This document shows, in pieces, positions 62,924-64,000 of a stretch of DNA of 64,000 nucleotides; the stretch's first letter is position 1; the number at the start of each line of letters is the position of its first letter. Location of the stretch: NCBI GenBank assembly GCA_031835245.2, contig JAVKOQ020000022.1, forward strand, positions 124,001 to 188,000, read 5' to 3'. Position numbers and translations under genes: made by a program. A model generated the notes under the pieces. The model had not been told where the DNA came from. It saw only the letters and a program-made list of their open reading frames with translations, and did not search any database. Source of the stretch: Balamuthia mandrillaris. Its lineage: Eukaryota.

Positions 62924-63303
62924 TCGTTCTTTCGGTCAGTCGTTCGTTTTTTTTTCTTTCTTTCTCGTCTGCAGACCCGCGCTTGCTCTTCTTCCTTTTT
63001 GCTCTTCCGTTCCTCGTTCTTTTCTTTTATTTTTATTTTTATTTTTATTTTTTAATGCTTTTTCCAACAATAATTCATTACTGTCGACACCATGGTGATC
63101 ATGAAAATGACGTCACGCCTAATCTACAATAATTCAGGAACGATCGAAAATAATGGGTGATCGGTTCATAATCTCACTCGTTTTTGATTTGTGGTTGGTT
63201 GCTATTTATAACTTGCCGATTCAGGTAAATAAATATTCCGAAATTTCCGATTTTTTTTTTGGGAATTTTTTTTGGTTTATTCATTATAGAAAACTGCAAC
63301 AAG

Positions 63304-64000
63304 ATGGAAAAGAAAGACAACGGCACTTCTGGTGCGGCGGCTGCGCAATGGGGAGAGTACTTTCAGGGCTCCGCCCTCCATGAGGACGCGGTGACCAAGT
63401 ACGCCGCCCTCTTTGCCGAGGAGGGCCTCTCCCTCGACGACGTCCAGGACTTTGACCACGACCTGCTGAAGAGCATCGGCGTCTCCCTGGCCAAGGACCG
63501 GCTGTCCCTCCTCAAGTGGATCGGCGAGAAGCAGGCGCAGCAGCAGCAGCAAAAGCAGGCACCACCGCAGAAGGCGGAAAAACCGAAAAAGAGAGCTGGT
63601 GGCAGTAAGAAAGGCAAGGAGAAGACGGAACCGAAGGAAGAAGCGAAGAAGGAAGAAAAAGAAAGCAAAACGAAGAAGAGCGGCAGGAAAGGCAGCAAAG
63701 TCGCCACGAGTGCAGCTGCGGAGAGTCCCAAAGAGAAGAAACGTTCTGCTTCTACCTCTTCCTCCTCCCCTTCGTCTCCTTCCTCCTCCAAAACCAAAGC
63801 CAAGAAGTCGGACAAAGGCAAGGAAAAGGCTTCCGCTTCCTCCTCCTCTTCGAGGGTTGATCCCCCAAAGCAACCAAGCCAACAGGAACAAGAAACGCTG
63901 TATGTTGGCAGCGAGCGGGTCTACGTGGGCGAGGAAGGGCTGGAAGCGGGCTTCAAGGAGGAGGATCTGGATGGCGGCATGGCCTGCCTCGCCAAGAAGG
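63304..64000 (+). CDS. Protein with an N-terminal SAM-like domain and a Lys/Glu-rich region (partial)
   Basis: Open frame to the window end: WGEYF...YAALFAEEGLSLDDVQDFDHDLLKSIGV..AKDRLSLL. Confidence 0.72.
   Translation, partial: MEKKDNGTSGAAAAQWGEYFQGSALHEDAVTKYAALFAEEGLSLDDVQDFDHDLLKSIGVSLAKDRLSLLKWIGEKQAQQQQQKQAPPQKAEKPKKRAGGSKKGKEKTEPKEEAKKEEKESKTKKSGRKGSKVATSAAAESPKEKKRSASTSSSSPSSPSSSKTKAKKSDKGKEKASASSSSSRVDPPKQPSQQEQETLYVGSERVYVGEEGLEAGFKEEDLDGGMACLAKK

Noticed and set aside
63277..63891. 204-aa minus-strand ORF
   Set aside because: Antisense shadow of the plus-strand SAM-like gene starting at 63304

Overview
Gene-dense, intron-rich eukaryotic DNA from a protist, most likely an amoebozoan (Balamuthia/Acanthamoeba-like; this is inferred from gene content and intron style). 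I reconstructed about 27 protein-coding genes by joining exons across GT-AG introns. These introns typically carry sense-strand (CT)n tracts and A-rich 3' ends, so most ORF-track entries are intron read-through or antisense artefacts. CDS coordinates are gene spans including introns. Housekeeping genes: calcineurin B, RPL13, uridine kinase, Ras, a GST, a CRT-like transporter, an F-box/WD40 protein, a GOST 7TM protein, a cAR-like GPCR, an LRR-patatin phospholipase and an RCC1-kinase. Most interesting: (1) a single gene joining a putative Ig-fold DNA-binding domain, NLS, IPT/TIG and ankyrin repeats (an NF-kB/SPT23/CAMTA-like layout) to a CRIB domain and a PAK-type pseudokinase; (2) a secreted agmatine/peptidylarginine deiminase with an EGF tail, head-to-head with a CASTOR-like arginine-sensor gene; (3) a minimal bacterial/viral-type ATP-dependent DNA ligase with two PBZ fingers; (4) a ~200 bp TpA-rich, highly self-complementary element at 56.6-56.8 kb; (5) an intronic box C/D snoRNA; (6) a protein ending in a polymorphic-toxin-like domain; (7) two tandem intronless disordered proteins sharing short motifs; (8) an inverted, deleted duplicate of an FG-GAP membrane protein gene. 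No CRISPR array, rRNA, tRNA or intact transposon was recognised.
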